Shown: positions 34,865-44,568 of the stretch, piece by piece
Numbering within the stretch: the first letter of the stretch is position 1
Layout: each line of letters begins with the position of its first letter
Made by a program: the position numbers and the translations under genes
Notes under the pieces: generated by a model
Databases searched by the model: none
The model's input: the letters and a program-made list of their open reading frames with translations, nothing else
Told to the model about the DNA's origin: nothing
NCBI GenBank assembly: GCA_018658265.1
Contig: JABHVN010000045.1
Location: forward strand, 1 to 44,568
DNA: 44,568 nt
Direction: 5' to 3'
Origin: Candidatus Woesearchaeota archaeon
GTDB lineage: Archaea; Nanobdellota; Nanobdellia; SCGC-AAA011-G17; UBA489

Positions 34865-36795
34865 AAAATATTTCTCATCCAATTAACAAAAGGACCATAC
34901 CAAGGAATATCCTTAACAATTATATGGAGGGCCTTCTGCTCCCTATATTCCATGCCTAACTCATCTTTATAGCTCATTTCGAACTTGATATCGCTCATAA
35001 GCTCACTTCCTTGAGTGTTAATTGTAATGGTTCTGACCTCTTTATCTTTGAAAACTTCATAAGACATGTCACCAAAGTCAAATTCAATTATTAAATCTGT
35101 AACATCGGTATTTGAACTGATGTCAAAACTAACTTCTGCTGCATCATGATAATTTACTTCTGCAGGATCAGGATTGCTTACACTAATTTCTGGAATAGGA
35201 ATAACATTCAGGTTAACATACTCATATTTAATCTTATCAGAACTTTCTAAAACAATCGGAATACGAATGCCTTCAGTTAATTCAAATGTTTCACTTGCTA
35301 ATACATTTTCGCCAGAAGCAATGTCAAAATTAGTACATTCTTGCTGGAAACAAATATCTATGTCCAATATATTTTCTTGAGAATTTCCAATATCACATTC
35401 AATTAAAGCTTCTTCACCAGCATAATATATTTCTTTATCAGAGTTACATTTCACATTTACATCTTCTAATTTTAGTTTTTCATTTCTTTCTCTTTGACCT
35501 GCAATAAAACTTAATGCATTTTCTTCAGAATGAAATTCAAAATCATTTCCATATTTCATTATAGCCATGCCAGTTTCACCATACATACTATTTACTTCGA
35601 CAGTTGTAGTGTAGATATAGCCTTCATCTGCAGAAGGTATCTCAGCAATCCAATAAACACTTTTTTCTTCTTTTGGTTTCAAAAGAACACTTTTTACATT
35701 ATCTTCAGTTAAACCTGGAGCTTTAGAAACAACTAATTTAGGAATAATATAACTATCTTTAATATTCTTAATTCTAACTTCTACGGGAACATAACTTCCA
35801 AATTTAGAAGTCGAATACATAGGAATAACTTCTATTTCTATTGCACCTGGTTCATCAGGCCCAACTTTCAATGCCTGTGTTTCTATTTCTAATGCACCTA
35901 CATTCAACTCAACGCCCGTCGATTTCCAAGAATACTTAGCAGTAGGACTTCCAGAATCAATATTATCTTTTAATTTCAAATGAGATGGGTCCAACCATCC
36001 ATATTCTCCAAAAGTAACATCGAAGGGAACCCATCCCTCACCAGGAAAATAAACTTCGGCCCATCCATGAGGCCCCCACTCGTAATTGGTATTTGAGTAA
36101 ACCATTCCTGAAACAAACCTTGCAGGAATTCCAACAGATCTCAAAAGAGAAATAAACAGATTAGTCATTTCATCACAAACACCCTGCCTATTCTCCAAAA
36201 CCCAACTGCTTGGAAGAACAGCTTCGGCAGTTAGAGTGTTCAAATCATATTCAATGTTGTTGTTAGTCCAATCTGCAATTTTAAAAACAGATTCATAAAG
36301 GTCATCACTTGTCCCAATTATTTCCTTAGCTTTATTTTCAATTTTAGTATTGATGTCTATAAATTCTGTAGGTTGAGTATATTCCAAAACAGTAGAGTCT
36401 AATTTAGCCAAAGGAAATGCAATTTTTTCATCCAATCTTGTAATTGAATTTTCAACTCTTACAATTGCATCATAACCGTAAGTTAGTCTCAGAGCATCAT
36501 CTTCAGACCAAGTATATTTTATGACTTCACTTCCTTGTTGAATACTAGCATCCGGATTTGCAAATGCATCTAATTGTTTAACATTTTGACTATCGCTGCT
36601 TCTTGGAAAAAAAGAAAGTTCACTTTTAATAAAATCTACAGAATGGGATCCAGAAGTGTATTCAATGTCTACATTTGAAGAAATAGACAATGCTATCTCT
36701 AAATATTGAACTCCGTTGTAGTTCTCAATTGGTTCGGCATTAACATTAGATATTGCTAAAGTTAATATAAACAAAAATAAAATTATTTTCTTCAT
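34861..36795 (-). CDS. Secreted transglutaminase-like domain protein
   Basis: Signal peptide MKKIILFLFIL...; catalytic triad GVCDE, HGWAEVY, WVPFDVT; beta-rich C-terminal domains. Confidence 0.9.
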   Translation of the reverse strand: MKKIILFLFILTLAISNVNAEPIENYNGVQYLEIALSISSNVDIEYTSGSHSVDFIKSELSFFPRSSDSQNVKQLDAFANPDASIQQGSEVIKYTWSEDDALRLTYGYDAIVRVENSITRLDEKIAFPLAKLDSTVLEYTQPTEFIDINTKIENKAKEIIGTSDDLYESVFKIADWTNNNIEYDLNTLTAEAVLPSSWVLENRQGVCDEMTNLFISLLRSVGIPARFVSGMVYSNTNYEWGPHGWAEVYFPGEGWVPFDVTFGEYGWLDPSHLKLKDNIDSGSPTAKYSWKSTGVELNVGALEIETQALKVGPDEPGAIEIEVIPMYSTSKFGSYVPVEVRIKNIKDSYIIPKLVVSKAPGLTEDNVKSVLLKPKEEKSVYWIAEIPSADEGYIYTTTVEVNSMYGETGMAIMKYGNDFEFHSEENALSFIAGQRERNEKLKLEDVNVKCNSDKEIYYAGEEALIECDIGNSQENILDIDICFQQECTNFDIASGENVLASETFELTEGIRIPIVLESSDKIKYEYVNLNVIPIPEISVSNPDPAEVNYHDAAEVSFDISSNTDVTDLIIEFDFGDMSYEVFKDKEVRTITINTQGSELMSDIKFEMSYKDELGMEYREQKALHIIVKDIPWYGPFVNWMRNIF

Positions 36796-36809
36796 AACAA
36801 ACAAACCAC

Positions 36810-37838
36810 TTACTCTTTTTTATATTCTCTCTTTATGATTTCTACGAATTTAGGAAAATCATGCATTTTAACGGAAGCTCCGCATGCCATTGCATGGCCC
36901 CCGCCATACCCTTCAACCTCTTCCAAAGCCTTCTTTAAAATAGGTAAAATTGGTTTACCTTTGCTTCTCAAACTTAATCTTACATCTCCACTAGCTTCTC
37001 TACCAATAATAATTACCTCACTTTTTAATTTATGTAACATTTCATTAGACAGGTTACCTGTAAAACTATTCTTTTGCTCAACATAAGTATAAACATAAAC
37101 TTCCTCTTCATCCTGAGACAAAGAATCTTCTAAAAGAGTTTCATACTCTTTATTCATCTTTTCATATTTTTCATAAACTAATTTACCATTACTAGTTGTT
37201 TGATTAAGAATCTCCATTGGATCTTCTATTTCTTCCAATGCTTCAATACATTTATTCATACTGTCATTATTTCCTTTCAAAATAAAAGAAAAAACTTTGA
37301 TCATTTTACCGTATTCTGTATCAAACATTAATTCTGGAGGAGTTTTCACATTTCCTAAAAGTTCAGGATATTTAAATTTATCAACAATTGACTTTTCTGG
37401 AACGTTCCAATCCCCAATTATTCCAACTAATGCAACCCATTCATTATCCTCAACAACTTTATATGCCCAATGGCTTGTGGGTCTATTGTCAGGACTATCT
37501 CCTGCCATAGAATTATAATAATTTACTCCATCTCTTTCGATAACTTGATGATGGTCTATCCAAACAACTGGAACATTAAATCCATCTAAGATTTCCTGAC
37601 TCACAACAGGTTTATCTAAAATAACTACTAAGTCAGGTTTATGTTTTTTGTATGCTGCAGAGTAAACGACATTAGCCTTAGGAGAAGATTTTATACAAGT
37701 CCCATGGCCCTTTTTGTAATGTTTTTTCAGTAATAAATATGAAGTTAACCCATCTGGATCATCATCAAAGAGAAACAAAGGGTTCTCTGCCTTTTCTAAA
37801 AAGCCTCTTATTTCCTGAATTTGAGCATCTGTTAACAT
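36810..37838 (-). CDS. DHH/DHHA1 family phosphoesterase
   Basis: DDDPDG, ILD, IDHH, SLRS, GGGHAMACG. Confidence 0.92.
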   Translation of the reverse strand: MLTDAQIQEIRGFLEKAENPLFLFDDDPDGLTSYLLLKKHYKKGHGTCIKSSPKANVVYSAAYKKHKPDLVVILDKPVVSQEILDGFNVPVVWIDHHQVIERDGVNYYNSMAGDSPDNRPTSHWAYKVVEDNEWVALVGIIGDWNVPEKSIVDKFKYPELLGNVKTPPELMFDTEYGKMIKVFSFILKGNNDSMNKCIEALEEIEDPMEILNQTTSNGKLVYEKYEKMNKEYETLLEDSLSQDEEEVYVYTYVEQKNSFTGNLSNEMLHKLKSEVIIIGREASGDVRLSLRSKGKPILPILKKALEEVEGYGGGHAMACGASVKMHDFPKFVEIIKREYKKE

Positions 37839-37889
37839 ATCTCCATGTCTCCTATAAATGTTTATAAATCATTCTACATAGAAATTATC

Positions 37890-38207
37890 ATGCTTGAAGA
37901 AATCATCGCTACAATGCCCTTATGGCAAAAAGTATTGGGATATACTTTCTTACTCCTAGGATTGGCCATATATGTCCAAACTGGAAAATTAAAAGTTATG
38001 GGTCGTGCCTTAATTCCTAATAAATGGAGAATTATTTTAGCATTATTTTTCCCAGTAATATTTGCAATAGGAATAGTTTTTGGTGCAGTTATATTTGGAG
38101 CATTAATTGTAATTTTAATAATGGGTACAATAATTAGTTTACTTTCAGGTAAAAAACCCAAGCTTCCAAAGTTGAATAGAATAAAAATAAATATAATAAG
38201 GAAGTAA
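37890..38207 (+). CDS. Hypothetical membrane protein
   Basis: Hydrophobic 105 aa ORF from ATG 37890; TTTATAAA about 22 nt upstream. Confidence 0.7.
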   Translation: MLEEIIATMPLWQKVLGYTFLLLGLAIYVQTGKLKVMGRALIPNKWRIILALFFPVIFAIGIVFGAVIFGALIVILIMGTIISLLSGKKPKLPKLNRIKINIIRK

Positions 38208-38675
38208 TCAAACTAAAGCTTCTAGTCCACTAAGGGAATCCCTAATTTCTTTTAAGTCTCCTGGATTAAACTCTGCAGGATTATTTTCGAAAAAACCTAT
38301 TAAATCTTTAAAAAACTGTGTTCTCATCGCAACATAATCAGATCTTATTTCTTCAGGTACAACCTTAAGTTCAATATCTAGGGCAGTTCTACATCTTCCT
38401 GGAGCATTAATGCCTAATTCTCCAAACTCTATTAGTTCATGGAAAACTGCATATTTCCTAAAATCTGGCCTAACATTTGAAGAAATGCCATAAACTGATC
38501 CATCAGAAGGACTATTGCCCGTTCTTCTTAAAACGAAGTTTGGAAGTTCAGGGTTTAGAGATTGAGGAACAACAAAATATTTGAAATCTCTTCCACCGAC
38601 ACTTATTTCAGGACAACCTTTCTTTTCAAGAAAAGTTCTAGTTTCTGCAATTTCTTCAGGTTTATAATTCCTCAT
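38208..38675 (-). CDS. Hypothetical protein
   Basis: 155 aa ORF 5 bp downstream of rpl15e; contains AVFHELIE. Confidence 0.7.
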   Translation of the reverse strand: MRNYKPEEIAETRTFLEKKGCPEISVGGRDFKYFVVPQSLNPELPNFVLRRTGNSPSDGSVYGISSNVRPDFRKYAVFHELIEFGELGINAPGRCRTALDIELKVVPEEIRSDYVAMRTQFFKDLIGFFENNPAEFNPGDLKEIRDSLSGLEALV

Positions 38676-38680
38676 GGTAG

Positions 38681-39220
38681 TTACTTCCCAACTTTTTCAC
38701 TACCTTTTCCTTTATTTCTAAGTCCTCTTGACTTTCTTGCAGAAGATGTTAACCCTCTTGTGGCTCTTCCTTTATGTTTCCCTTTTGTAATCCAGCTAAG
38801 TTTTTTATCCTTAATTATTGAAGGGCTGTTAATATCAATTAATATTACATCATACCAAATATGTTTACCATCTTTAGCTAACCAATAACTGTTCAAAACT
38901 TCACAGTTAGGATATTTTTTATTTGCCCTGTTTTCACAAACAGTTTGGTAATTCATATCTAGAATCTTCTTCATTCTTCGAGCTTTGGATCTTCTACCTT
39001 TCTTAATCAAAGGTCTTTTTCTTCCGCCTCTAAGAACTCTAACTCTTGTAACTATAATTCCTTCTTTTGCTCTATATCCTAAACTTCTAGCCCTAGTTAA
39101 ATTTGTAGGTCTAGCAACTCTAGAAACAGCTAAAGAACGTCTCCATTCTGCAAGTCTCTCTCTTCTCATTTCAGGAGTAGTGTTTCTTGCAGTTTCTCTA
39201 ATGTGTTTATACATTCCCAT
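38681..39220 (-). CDS. rpl15e: 50S ribosomal protein L15e
   Basis: MGMYKHI, ARSLGYRAKEG, YPNCEVLNSYW, RGLTSSARKSRGL. Confidence 0.97.
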   Translation of the reverse strand: MGMYKHIRETARNTTPEMRRERLAEWRRSLAVSRVARPTNLTRARSLGYRAKEGIIVTRVRVLRGGRKRPLIKKGRRSKARRMKKILDMNYQTVCENRANKKYPNCEVLNSYWLAKDGKHIWYDVILIDINSPSIIKDKKLSWITKGKHKGRATRGLTSSARKSRGLRNKGKGSEKVGK

Positions 39221-39253
39221 TTTATTGCACTTCCATTATTTTATTTTGATAAG

Positions 39254-39285
39254 CAGTTCAGGCGAGTGAAGCCCACATCCCACTG
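39254..39285 (-). ncRNA. Candidate eL15 ribosomal protein leader
   Basis: GC-rich island in the rpl15e 5' UTR: CAGT-GGGATGT-GGGC-TTCACTC-GCCT-GA-ACTG (outer and inner stems around an internal loop); TATA-like box near 39307-39314. Confidence 0.6.
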
Positions 39286-39322
39286 AGAATTAACCTAAAA
39301 CCAGCGTTTTAAAGCCTTTCTA

Positions 39323-40456
39323 TTAGAACAAATATGTCAGATACATTAAAGATGAAGTAAGGAATGCTGCGTTATAATGCATGAATATGGCCAATATGCC
39401 TAATAAAACAATTCTTCCAACACTTTCCAAAATACCTCTAAATACTACAAATTCGGCCAAATATTTCTTTTTAACAAATCTATCGTATTCTAATGTATTG
39501 AAGGGGATTTCAACTAGGTTATGCAAGAATGCACCTACAATAGTTACTGCTGCAAGTACTATTGCTCCAGTAAGGAATACTCTCGATAACCAAATAAATG
39601 AACAAAGAATTCCACCAATTCTAAGAATCTTCAAAAGTTTATTTCTATCTTCAATAGATCCTAACCACATTGCACCCAACAATGAACCAAATTCGGCTAT
39701 TAAGAAAATCAGGCCAAAACTAGTATATGCATTAACTACTGAAAATAAAAACACTGGCCAAAATACTAACTCTACAGTATTTGTTGCACCAAACGCAAAC
39801 ATTTTCAGTGTAAGTCTACCAGGTATTTTTCTTATGTCTTTTAGTCTACATCTAAATGATTCATGATTATATTTTGTAAACATCAAAGGTATAATGCCCA
39901 GTGCTAATAATCCGCTTGCAAGTTTAAACAAAAAACCAAATCCTAACCAGTTAATAACTAAAGCTCCAAAAAAAGGTCCACTCATTGAAGAAACAATCAT
40001 AATTGCACTCAAAAGACCAACTTCTTCACTCCTATGTCTTTTATCTGAAGATCTAACAAAGTGAGTTGTAAATGGAATCCAATACATTGCCTGCGTTATT
40101 CCTAAAAACAGGGCCAAGTAATTTAGACTAAATCCTAAATTTTCTGAACTGAACATACCCAAGTAGAAAATTATGAACATGGGGATTGTCAACATTGCCG
40201 AATTCTTCAATCCAAAACGACTAACAAACTTTCCTGCAAATGGGGCAGTTAAAATATATCCTAATGATGCAAAAAAATAAAATAAAATAATTCCTCCGAG
40301 ATCCATGCCCCTTTCAACAATTAAAAAAATAGGAATAAATATCCCTACCATGCTCATTGCCAATGTTTTCAAAGACAATGCAAGATACATATCTCTTAAC
40401 TCCTTATTTTTAAGGATCATATGGATATAATGATTATGTTGTCTATGGTTATGCAT
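39323..40456 (-). CDS. MFS transporter
   Basis: About 12 hydrophobic segments; GKFVSRFGLK motif A-like loop; GPFFGA. Confidence 0.85.
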   Translation of the reverse strand: MHNHRQHNHYIHMILKNKELRDMYLALSLKTLAMSMVGIFIPIFLIVERGMDLGGIILFYFFASLGYILTAPFAGKFVSRFGLKNSAMLTIPMFIIFYLGMFSSENLGFSLNYLALFLGITQAMYWIPFTTHFVRSSDKRHRSEEVGLLSAIMIVSSMSGPFFGALVINWLGFGFLFKLASGLLALGIIPLMFTKYNHESFRCRLKDIRKIPGRLTLKMFAFGATNTVELVFWPVFLFSVVNAYTSFGLIFLIAEFGSLLGAMWLGSIEDRNKLLKILRIGGILCSFIWLSRVFLTGAIVLAAVTIVGAFLHNLVEIPFNTLEYDRFVKKKYLAEFVVFRGILESVGRIVLLGILAIFMHYNAAFLTSSLMYLTYLF

Positions 40457-40510
40457 ACTTTTAACAGGTTTATTCTATTTTTAAAGACTTGTAAGAACAG
40501 ATAGTTAATT

Positions 40511-41776
40511 TTAAGAGAAATAACTACTTAATTTCATTTGAGTTTTAACTTTTTCCAATAATTTACTTCTAACTAATAATTGATTGATATCAAAGTTAAG
40601 CTCTTCCTTTATTATTTCTCTTCCCCTTTTGAGCATATCATCCCTACTATCAAAAACAAGTTTTCTAGTTTCCATAGTTTTTTTCATTGCCTCTCTAACC
40701 ACCCACACTCCTAGTCCTGCCCAATAATCAGGAGTTTCAAATCTTAAGACTAATGTGGATGCCTGCCTTTTATTCATTTTCAATGACTCTAGTAAGGGTA
40801 ATCTCGCAGCATAATATCCTCCAACACAGTTAGATGCATAGTTCTTACGTCCACTATAACTCTCATAATCGGTTGCAACGGTAATTTCTCCATTAGGATT
40901 TCCAAGAGAAGGATTCCACGAACTTCCAGGTAAGTACATTTCAAATAACTCATAAGAAAAAACATCTGGAAATAAAAATACCAAATAATAATTTCCTAAA
41001 AAATATCCAAAGAATAACGAATGCTCATTTATTGATGAACAATCTTTAATTTCTTTAATCAAATTTTTACCAATGATATCATCAACAGTAGTAATACTCC
41101 ATCTTGTTGGAACTAATCTACGGTTTTTGCCAAGTCCCATTGTACCAAGAGATAACAACTGAGATAATTTTTGATCTTCAGTTTTCTTTTTATACAAATA
41201 ACTTACTGCATCAGCAGCTTTCAAATCAGTATCACTAAACACTTTATCTATTGGTCTTTCAATCTTAGTGTTGTCTGTAATTTTCATATTCTTTAAATCT
41301 GCAGGAGAACTTATTGGTTTAGAAACCCTATCAAACTTCAAACCCAACTTTACTTTCTTCTTCAAATGAAATTCCATGTCTACAGCTTTCTTTGCCATGC
41401 CCACTTCCTGAGAAATATCTAAAAATTTACCTCCAGTTTGGCCTCTTGGAGAATGAACACTACTCAAAAATCTAGAATTAATTAAATTTCCTCGAAAGTC
41501 CAGTATTTCTTGAATTCCCCTATCTTCTTGAACCCATCTTTTATGGGAATCGTATACTTCAACATCTTCAACTCTAACTGGCGGGGCCAAAATCCCTACA
41601 TTTACATTAGGATATTTCAATTTTGAGCCTACAAAAACGGTTGGAGGAGAATTAGAAAAGAATTCACTACTTACGACATCTTTTACTTTTGGCTGAGGTA
41701 CACTTTGATAGGCCCTAGATAAGTCCTTTTTACCATATTTCAACTTATGATTAGGTAAACTAAATTTTCCTTCCAT
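40511..41776 (-). CDS. nreA: Nre family DNA repair protein
   Basis: SPPTVFVG..YPNV, RRLVPTRWSITTVD, GGYYAARL, GVWVVRE; C-terminal PIP box QMKLSSYF. Confidence 0.9.
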   Translation of the reverse strand: MEGKFSLPNHKLKYGKKDLSRAYQSVPQPKVKDVVSSEFFSNSPPTVFVGSKLKYPNVNVGILAPPVRVEDVEVYDSHKRWVQEDRGIQEILDFRGNLINSRFLSSVHSPRGQTGGKFLDISQEVGMAKKAVDMEFHLKKKVKLGLKFDRVSKPISSPADLKNMKITDNTKIERPIDKVFSDTDLKAADAVSYLYKKKTEDQKLSQLLSLGTMGLGKNRRLVPTRWSITTVDDIIGKNLIKEIKDCSSINEHSLFFGYFLGNYYLVFLFPDVFSYELFEMYLPGSSWNPSLGNPNGEITVATDYESYSGRKNYASNCVGGYYAARLPLLESLKMNKRQASTLVLRFETPDYWAGLGVWVVREAMKKTMETRKLVFDSRDDMLKRGREIIKEELNFDINQLLVRSKLLEKVKTQMKLSSYFS

Positions 41777-41878
41777 ATCTTCCAAATAGTCATTTTTACT
41801 TATAATATCTTATTTCCCTCACAATATATATGCGGTAAGTACAGAAACATTTTTAATAGTCTTCAAAAATAATACCTT

Positions 41879-42448
41879 ATGGCAATATTCAGTCTAGCAG
41901 AGTTGATAAGATTAGTAATTATGACTGCTGCATTAGGCTATATTTTTATGAGCTATATCAAAAGCCCATCGACAATTAACGATGTATTATCTTCAAGTAA
42001 ATCTTTCAATTGGCAAGATTTCAGATTTGCAGCACTAGTAACTGCGCCAGGAATTGTTTTACACGAGATGGGACATAAATTTGTAGGTTTGGCTGTTGGA
42101 GTCCAAACAGAATTTTTCACATCATATTTTGGTTTATTCGTTGGAGTTTTCCTTAAGTGGATAAGTAGTCCATTCATTATATTTGCACCGGGGTATGTTA
42201 GTTTATCTGGAGCATTAACAGAAACTCAAGTATTCTTGACAGCATTAGCCGGACCACTAATGAACTTATTACTATTTTTTATTGCATATTTAATCTTAGA
42301 TAGAAAAACAAACTTAACTAGAAGTCAAGCAGTGGCATTACATTTAACAAAACAAATTAATATGTTCTTATTCCTCTTCAACTTAATACCTTTCCCTCCA
42401 TTCGACGGATATAAAGTATTCACAAGTTTATTTGGAATTATTTTTTAA
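41879..42448 (+). CDS. Site-2 protease (peptidase M50 family)
   Basis: HEMGH, ALAGP, FNLIPFPPFDG. Confidence 0.92.
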   Translation: MAIFSLAELIRLVIMTAALGYIFMSYIKSPSTINDVLSSSKSFNWQDFRFAALVTAPGIVLHEMGHKFVGLAVGVQTEFFTSYFGLFVGVFLKWISSPFIIFAPGYVSLSGALTETQVFLTALAGPLMNLLLFFIAYLILDRKTNLTRSQAVALHLTKQINMFLFLFNLIPFPPFDGYKVFTSLFGIIF

Positions 42449-43265
42449 ATACTCTGCCTAGAATTCCTTTCTTTTTATTAGGAGTTTCAACTACAGTTTT
42501 TTTAGCAGTAGTTTTCTTTACAGGCGCTTTCTTAGTTGTCTTCTTTTTAGGAGCAGCCTTTTTCGCTGTAGCTTTCTTAGTTGTTTTTTCAGCAGTAGTT
42601 TTCTTTACACTCTTGCCACTAGCTTCCAATGCAGCCCTCTTAGCATCTGCAGTTGCCTTTCTTGCCGCTGCACGTATTTTATCCTTCTCTGCCTTTTCTT
42701 TTGCCATTAACCTATCTGTTGCTCTTGCAACCAATTTTCTATGGTAATCTAATGCAGCTTTTGCGATTATATGGGATTCTTTATCCTTTTTCAATTTCTT
42801 TGTCAAATCCCTTCTTCTTTTATTTGCATCTTGTAATTCTAAAATTTCGCCACATCCTTCACAAAGGAATTGCAATTCCATTGCTTCTTCTTCACCCAAT
42901 TTAGTTCTACAGTATTTACATAGGTAATATCTAATGTCTTCAATATTATCCAATTCTCTTTGATTTTCTTTAGTCTCTTTAGAAGTAATGTCTACAATTA
43001 ACTCAACAGCCTTTGGCTTTTCAAATGTCCAATAATAAATATACCATCCCTTTACTTTGTCCTTTTTTCTAGTAAAGCTTACAAGATTATGTTCTTGCAA
43101 TCTATAGATCATATTTCTAACTTGATTAACAGAAATTCCTAGCTTTTCAGCTATTTTAAATTCAGAAACATTTTTTCTTTTAGTTAAGATTTCGAAGATT
43201 TTAACAGTGTCATTACCAGCAACTCGTTTAACAAGACTGGCAAGCAATTCATCAGGAACTTTCAT
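42438..43265 (-). CDS. tfe: Transcription factor E (TFE alpha) with Lys/Ala/Thr-rich C-terminal tail
   Basis: wHTH SEFKIAEKL..NQVRNMIYRL, KGWYIYYW, Zn ribbon CKYC/CEGC. Confidence 0.92.
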   Translation of the reverse strand: MKVPDELLASLVKRVAGNDTVKIFEILTKRKNVSEFKIAEKLGISVNQVRNMIYRLQEHNLVSFTRKKDKVKGWYIYYWTFEKPKAVELIVDITSKETKENQRELDNIEDIRYYLCKYCRTKLGEEEAMELQFLCEGCGEILELQDANKRRRDLTKKLKKDKESHIIAKAALDYHRKLVARATDRLMAKEKAEKDKIRAAARKATADAKRAALEASGKSVKKTTAEKTTKKATAKKAAPKKKTTKKAPVKKTTAKKTVVETPNKKKGILGRVFKK

Positions 43266-43301
43266 AGTGAAATCATAAATCGGGAGGCCTATTTAAATAC
43301 T

Positions 43302-44561
43302 TTATGCATTACAATAAATATCTTCTAGGTTCGACCTTAAGCCCCTTAAATCCTCGATTCTAGAAATTCCGAAATCTTCTAATGATACAATGTGATCTAA
43401 ACATCTTTTCATATGATGATTTCTAACTTTTGAAAGATTTTTTCCCTCTGCAAATTTTTTAGCAGATCCGAATAATCTGAGATGTTGAAAAACTCCACTT
43501 AGATGCATTTCTTTTGCAACTTGTTCATCACTAAATATAATTCCGCTATCTGTAACATTGATGCAATAGTCTCCAATCAAACCTTGTTGCTCTTCTTGAG
43601 ATAATTGGCCCGAACAAAGAGAGTTTTCTACAAGTGTCAAGGTATCAACATAAGGGGAGGTAACAATTCCTTTTTCTGGATCAATTACACAAATGTTTCC
43701 GGCATTATCAATTATTAAATTTCCTGGATGAAAATCTCCATGGGCAACTGCTTGCCAATTGGATATCATTTCAGTGTCTAATGCTTCAAGTCCTTTTGAA
43801 ATTCCTCTTGGACAATCTGAATATAATCCTTCTCTTTCTAAAAATCTTCTTCTAAGACATGTCCCATAATCCTCTTCACCCATTAACTTTCTTGCTTCTT
43901 TCAATCTCCCGCTACTTTTCAAATGCAAAAGTAAAATTGTTTCAAGTCCCTTTCTAAAAAATTCTTTCAATTGAGGTTTATCTTCTTCTAACATGTAGTC
44001 TTTCAAACTAAACTTACCTGCCCACCTTGTAGCGCCGTATGGCCTCCCATCCAAAACCATAATGCCTAGAGGGCTTACAAAATCTGGAGAAATATCTGAG
44101 AAAAACTTAGTTTTTTCTTGCTCAGTATAAACTTCCTCATGTTTTTCTTTTGTTTTGAATGCAAACGTTCTTCCCAATAATGTAGATTTATGAACTAACA
44201 CTTCATTCTTAGAACCAGTTAACTCTGAAAATTTTTCTCTATGTTGATTTCCAATACTTTCAAAAATTCTTCCAAATGCTGCACTTGAATCTAACAATCT
44301 TCCTTGAGACTCTAAAAAATAACCATACATCCCAAGACAATTTATTCTTTCTTCCTCAGATTTACTATCTTCTATTGAGAAAAGTAATAATTCTTCTGCA
44401 CGTTCAGGTCTTCCAACACGCATACATTCGCAGACAGTTTGAAACTTATCTGCAATGCTAATCCTATGTCCCTTTTCAATGGATCTATTTGTAATGCTTA
44501 CTGCCCATCTCCAAGATAATTTTTCAACTAAATTTTGTTTCTTCTTCCTTCTTCTTGCCAA
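43302..44561 (-). CDS. Aminoglycoside phosphotransferase/kinase-like protein with helical N-terminus
   Basis: FAFK, HGDFHPGNLI, IDPE motifs; frame is open to the window edge so the start is uncertain. Confidence 0.8.
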   Translation of the reverse strand: MARRRKKKQNLVEKLSWRWAVSITNRSIEKGHRISIADKFQTVCECMRVGRPERAEELLLFSIEDSKSEEERINCLGMYGYFLESQGRLLDSSAAFGRIFESIGNQHREKFSELTGSKNEVLVHKSTLLGRTFAFKTKEKHEEVYTEQEKTKFFSDISPDFVSPLGIMVLDGRPYGATRWAGKFSLKDYMLEEDKPQLKEFFRKGLETILLLHLKSSGRLKEARKLMGEEDYGTCLRRRFLEREGLYSDCPRGISKGLEALDTEMISNWQAVAHGDFHPGNLIIDNAGNICVIDPEKGIVTSPYVDTLTLVENSLCSGQLSQEEQQGLIGDYCINVTDSGIIFSDEQVAKEMHLSGVFQHLRLFGSAKKFAEGKNLSKVRNHHMKRCLDHIVSLEDFGISRIEDLRGLRSNLEDIYCNA

Positions 44562-44568
44562 ATTAAAG

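Noticed and set aside
174-44461. Numerous 60-208 aa antisense or alternate-frame ORFs (e.g. 32409-33035, 22325-22807, 39381-39866, 24700-25092)
   Set aside because: They lie within well-supported genes and have the Ser/Leu/Phe/Ile-rich composition typical of shadow frames.
1-44568. Alternative genetic code or stop-codon readthrough
   Set aside because: Conserved genes are full length under code 11 and end at TAA, TGA or TAG at the expected positions.

Overview
AT-rich, gene-dense chromosomal segment of a small-genome archaeon. Archaeal AlaRS, ProRS, AsnRS, GatDE, rpl15e, TFE, NreA, TrmB, FtsZ and TATA boxes about 25 nt before start codons point to DPANN (Woesearchaeota/Pacearchaeota-like); the lineage is inferred, not searched. 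Contents: six aminoacyl-tRNA synthetases plus gatDE and tRNA-Arg(TCG); a type IV pilus locus (six class III signal peptide pilin-like genes, a membrane/wHTH protein, an assembly ATPase, two TadC-like platform proteins, a KaiC-like ATPase); DNA ligase, ftsZ, regulators and several secreted or membrane proteins. No CRISPR array, transposase or integrase was seen. Most notable observations: (1) three hairpins upstream of ftsZ with different stems but the same loop core (TTTTAGCCGA; CGGCUAA on the ftsZ strand); (2) adjacent gatE and a bacterial-type aspS that both lack the GAD/AspRS-like insertion domain; (3) two pilus-locus genes with no in-frame ATG/GTG/TTG at their apparent N-terminus (ACG start; ATA start or frameshift); (4) a candidate eL15 leader RNA; (5) TFE with a histone H1-like tail.
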